Source: Lachnospiraceae bacterium (GTDB lineage: Bacteria; Bacillota; Clostridia; Lachnospirales; Lachnospiraceae). Taken from it: a stretch of DNA of 64,000 nucleotides. Within the stretch, counting starts at the first letter, position 1; every line of letters starts with the position of its first letter. Both the position numbers and the translations under genes were made by a program. Positions 62,718 through 64,000 of the stretch are shown piece after piece. Under the pieces are notes generated by a model. It searched no databases, was not told the DNA's origin, and saw only the letters and a list, made by a program, of their open reading frames with translations. The stretch covers positions 9,860 to 73,859 of the forward strand of contig JAFZLB010000104.1 in NCBI GenBank assembly GCA_017551665.1. Reading direction: 5' to 3'.

Positions 62718-63288
62718 AAAGGGTCTGCCGCTGATGATCGCGGGACTGTTGTTTCTGGCGGCCGCGGCGGGCCTGGTGCTGTATAACCGCATGGAGGATG
62801 AACGCGCCGGAGAGGCTTCCGCGGAGGTGCTGGAGAAGGTGGAGCAGGCCACCAGCCACACGCAGCTTCAGCCCCTGGACGACCGTATGCCGGTGATTTC
62901 CGTGGACGGAAGGGATTATATCGGCGTTGTCCGGGTGGAGAGTGCGGGCATTGCGTTGCCGGTGCTTTCGTACTGGGACGAAGAGGACGGGAAGATTGCG
63001 CCGGGGCTGTATACGGGCAGCGCCTACACGGACAACATGGTGCTCTGCGGGCATAATTACAAAGCACATTTTGCCCCGCTGCATCATGTGGAGACCGGCG
63101 CGGAGGTGCGCTTTACGGATATCAACGGCAATGAATTTGTCTATGAGGTTTCGGAAATCTACACGCTGAAGTCTTCCGAGGTGCTGGAAATGATCTCCGG
63201 CAAGGAATGGGACTTAACGCTCTTTACCTGCACCACGGGCGGACAGGCCCGCATCACCCTGCGCTGCGTGCGCAGGTCAAACCGGTGA
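62695..63288 (+). CDS. second, small sortase-family transpeptidase (class not assigned)
   Basis: N-terminal TM, LCGHNY (His), LTLFTCTTGG (Cys), ITLRCVR (Arg); 23-nt overlap with the srtC-type gene. Confidence 0.7.
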   Translation: MEQKTKNKKGLPLMIAGLLFLAAAAGLVLYNRMEDERAGEASAEVLEKVEQATSHTQLQPLDDRMPVISVDGRDYIGVVRVESAGIALPVLSYWDEEDGKIAPGLYTGSAYTDNMVLCGHNYKAHFAPLHHVETGAEVRFTDINGNEFVYEVSEIYTLKSSEVLEMISGKEWDLTLFTCTTGGQARITLRCVRRSNR

Positions 63289-63972
63289 CGTTTCGAATTG
63301 ATCTCTGTATTCCGCAAAATCCTTGCATTCCCGGTCAATGGAATCAATCAGCTCCGCGTATTTTTCCCTGACAAGTGATTTATAATTCTCCAGATTATCA
63401 TAGCCTTCCTTTGTCCAGCCGAAGGGATGGACGAGGATCTGGATTTTTTTATGGGTTTTGATCGTCGCCTCGTCCGGATAGCCGTAGCGCCAGATGTGGT
63501 TGGCGTCGGAGAGGTATTTCACCTCCGGGCTGTCCTCCGGGCCTGCATCCGGGTTGAAGACAAAGAAGTCGTCCTGATAGGCGTTCAAGAGCCCGTCCAG
63601 TTTGATGTTTTCCCTGAGCACCTGCGGCGAGGGACGGTGAATGGAAAAGGCGGTGATCGGAAAGCCCAGCATATCCGAGAGCATGTCCGCTTCCTTGCGG
63701 ATGCGCTGTCTGACGATCTGCATGTCCGTCATGCCGTTTAAGGCAAAGTGCAGGCCGATCTGCTGGCCGCGCTCGTGCATCTCCGTTAAGATGTCCCGGT
63801 TTTTGCGGGAGAGGATGTTGTAGGAATTGTTCGTCCACTGGAAGAAAAAGACGGAGCGGAAGTCCATGCTCTCTTCCACCTTGGACAGCGCCAGGGCACG
63901 CTCCACGCTGTATTCCACATCATGCCGCATGAGGATCCATTCGTCGGCATGCATCGCCTCGGAATAGGTCAT
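63277..63972 (-). CDS. polysaccharide-deacetylase-like protein (WbmS-like); N-terminus may lie beyond the window
   Basis: LMRHDVEYS and IHRPSP motifs recalled from deacetylase-type families. The frame stays open from 63972 to the window edge. 12-nt convergent overlap with the sortase gene. Confidence 0.4.
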   Translation of the reverse strand: MTYSEAMHADEWILMRHDVEYSVERALALSKVEESMDFRSVFFFQWTNNSYNILSRKNRDILTEMHERGQQIGLHFALNGMTDMQIVRQRIRKEADMLSDMLGFPITAFSIHRPSPQVLRENIKLDGLLNAYQDDFFVFNPDAGPEDSPEVKYLSDANHIWRYGYPDEATIKTHKKIQILVHPFGWTKEGYDNLENYKSLVREKYAELIDSIDRECKDFAEYRDQFETSPV

Positions 63973-64000
63973 GTAGCGGCCGCTTTCCTTGATCAGGCGG

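Overview
All calls come from reading the sequence and the ORF track. No database search or folding program was run. The window is a GC-rich, Firmicutes/Clostridia-type chromosomal segment; that assignment is inferred from gene content and order.

Layout:
- Left third: an AAA+/DUF4143 ATPase in a low-GC patch, a small lipoprotein gene, and a lipid operon (flippase-like TM protein, pssA, psd). Then a very tightly packed 3-tRNA cluster, an MBL hydrolase and a VapBC-like TA cassette. Next is a wall-anchor-type adhesin split by one in-frame amber codon. A signalling block follows: two tandem TPR-GGDEF proteins, an MCP, a LytS-type kinase with a REC-SARP regulator, and a membrane GGDEF.
- Middle: the housekeeping run rpmF, plsX-acpP-rnc-smc-ftsY, then ilvA, a GH25 muramidase, a stand-alone DUF2156 gene, a PHP phosphatase and nagB.
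- Right half: surface-protein genes. These are a 926-aa isopeptide-domain protein, a divergent ABC-F ATPase, a 4,284-aa giant adhesin and a ParE/RelE TA pair. A sortase-dependent pilus island ends the run: coiled-coil protein, signal peptidase I, 1,743-aa tip adhesin, major pilin, basal pilin, class C sortase and a second small sortase.

Most interesting observations:
1. Two copies of an 87-nt two-hairpin RNA element have AYGGAY-type loops and compensatory stem changes. Each abuts a start codon, one of DUF2156 and one of the pilus sortase.
2. The pilus tip adhesin carries both sequence signatures of an internal thioester domain. The island also has a catalytically intact signal peptidase and an uncharacterised, translationally coupled partner.
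3. A recurrent (V/I)LGxRR module precedes canonical and non-canonical sorting signals in three surface proteins.
4. The amber-split adhesin has a low-GC head, next to a TA cassette bracketed by 44/45-nt direct repeats.
5. A 184-bp structured insertion with perfect 20-bp direct repeats sits between ftsY and ilvA.

The many long antisense ORFs in the track are treated as GC-driven shadows.
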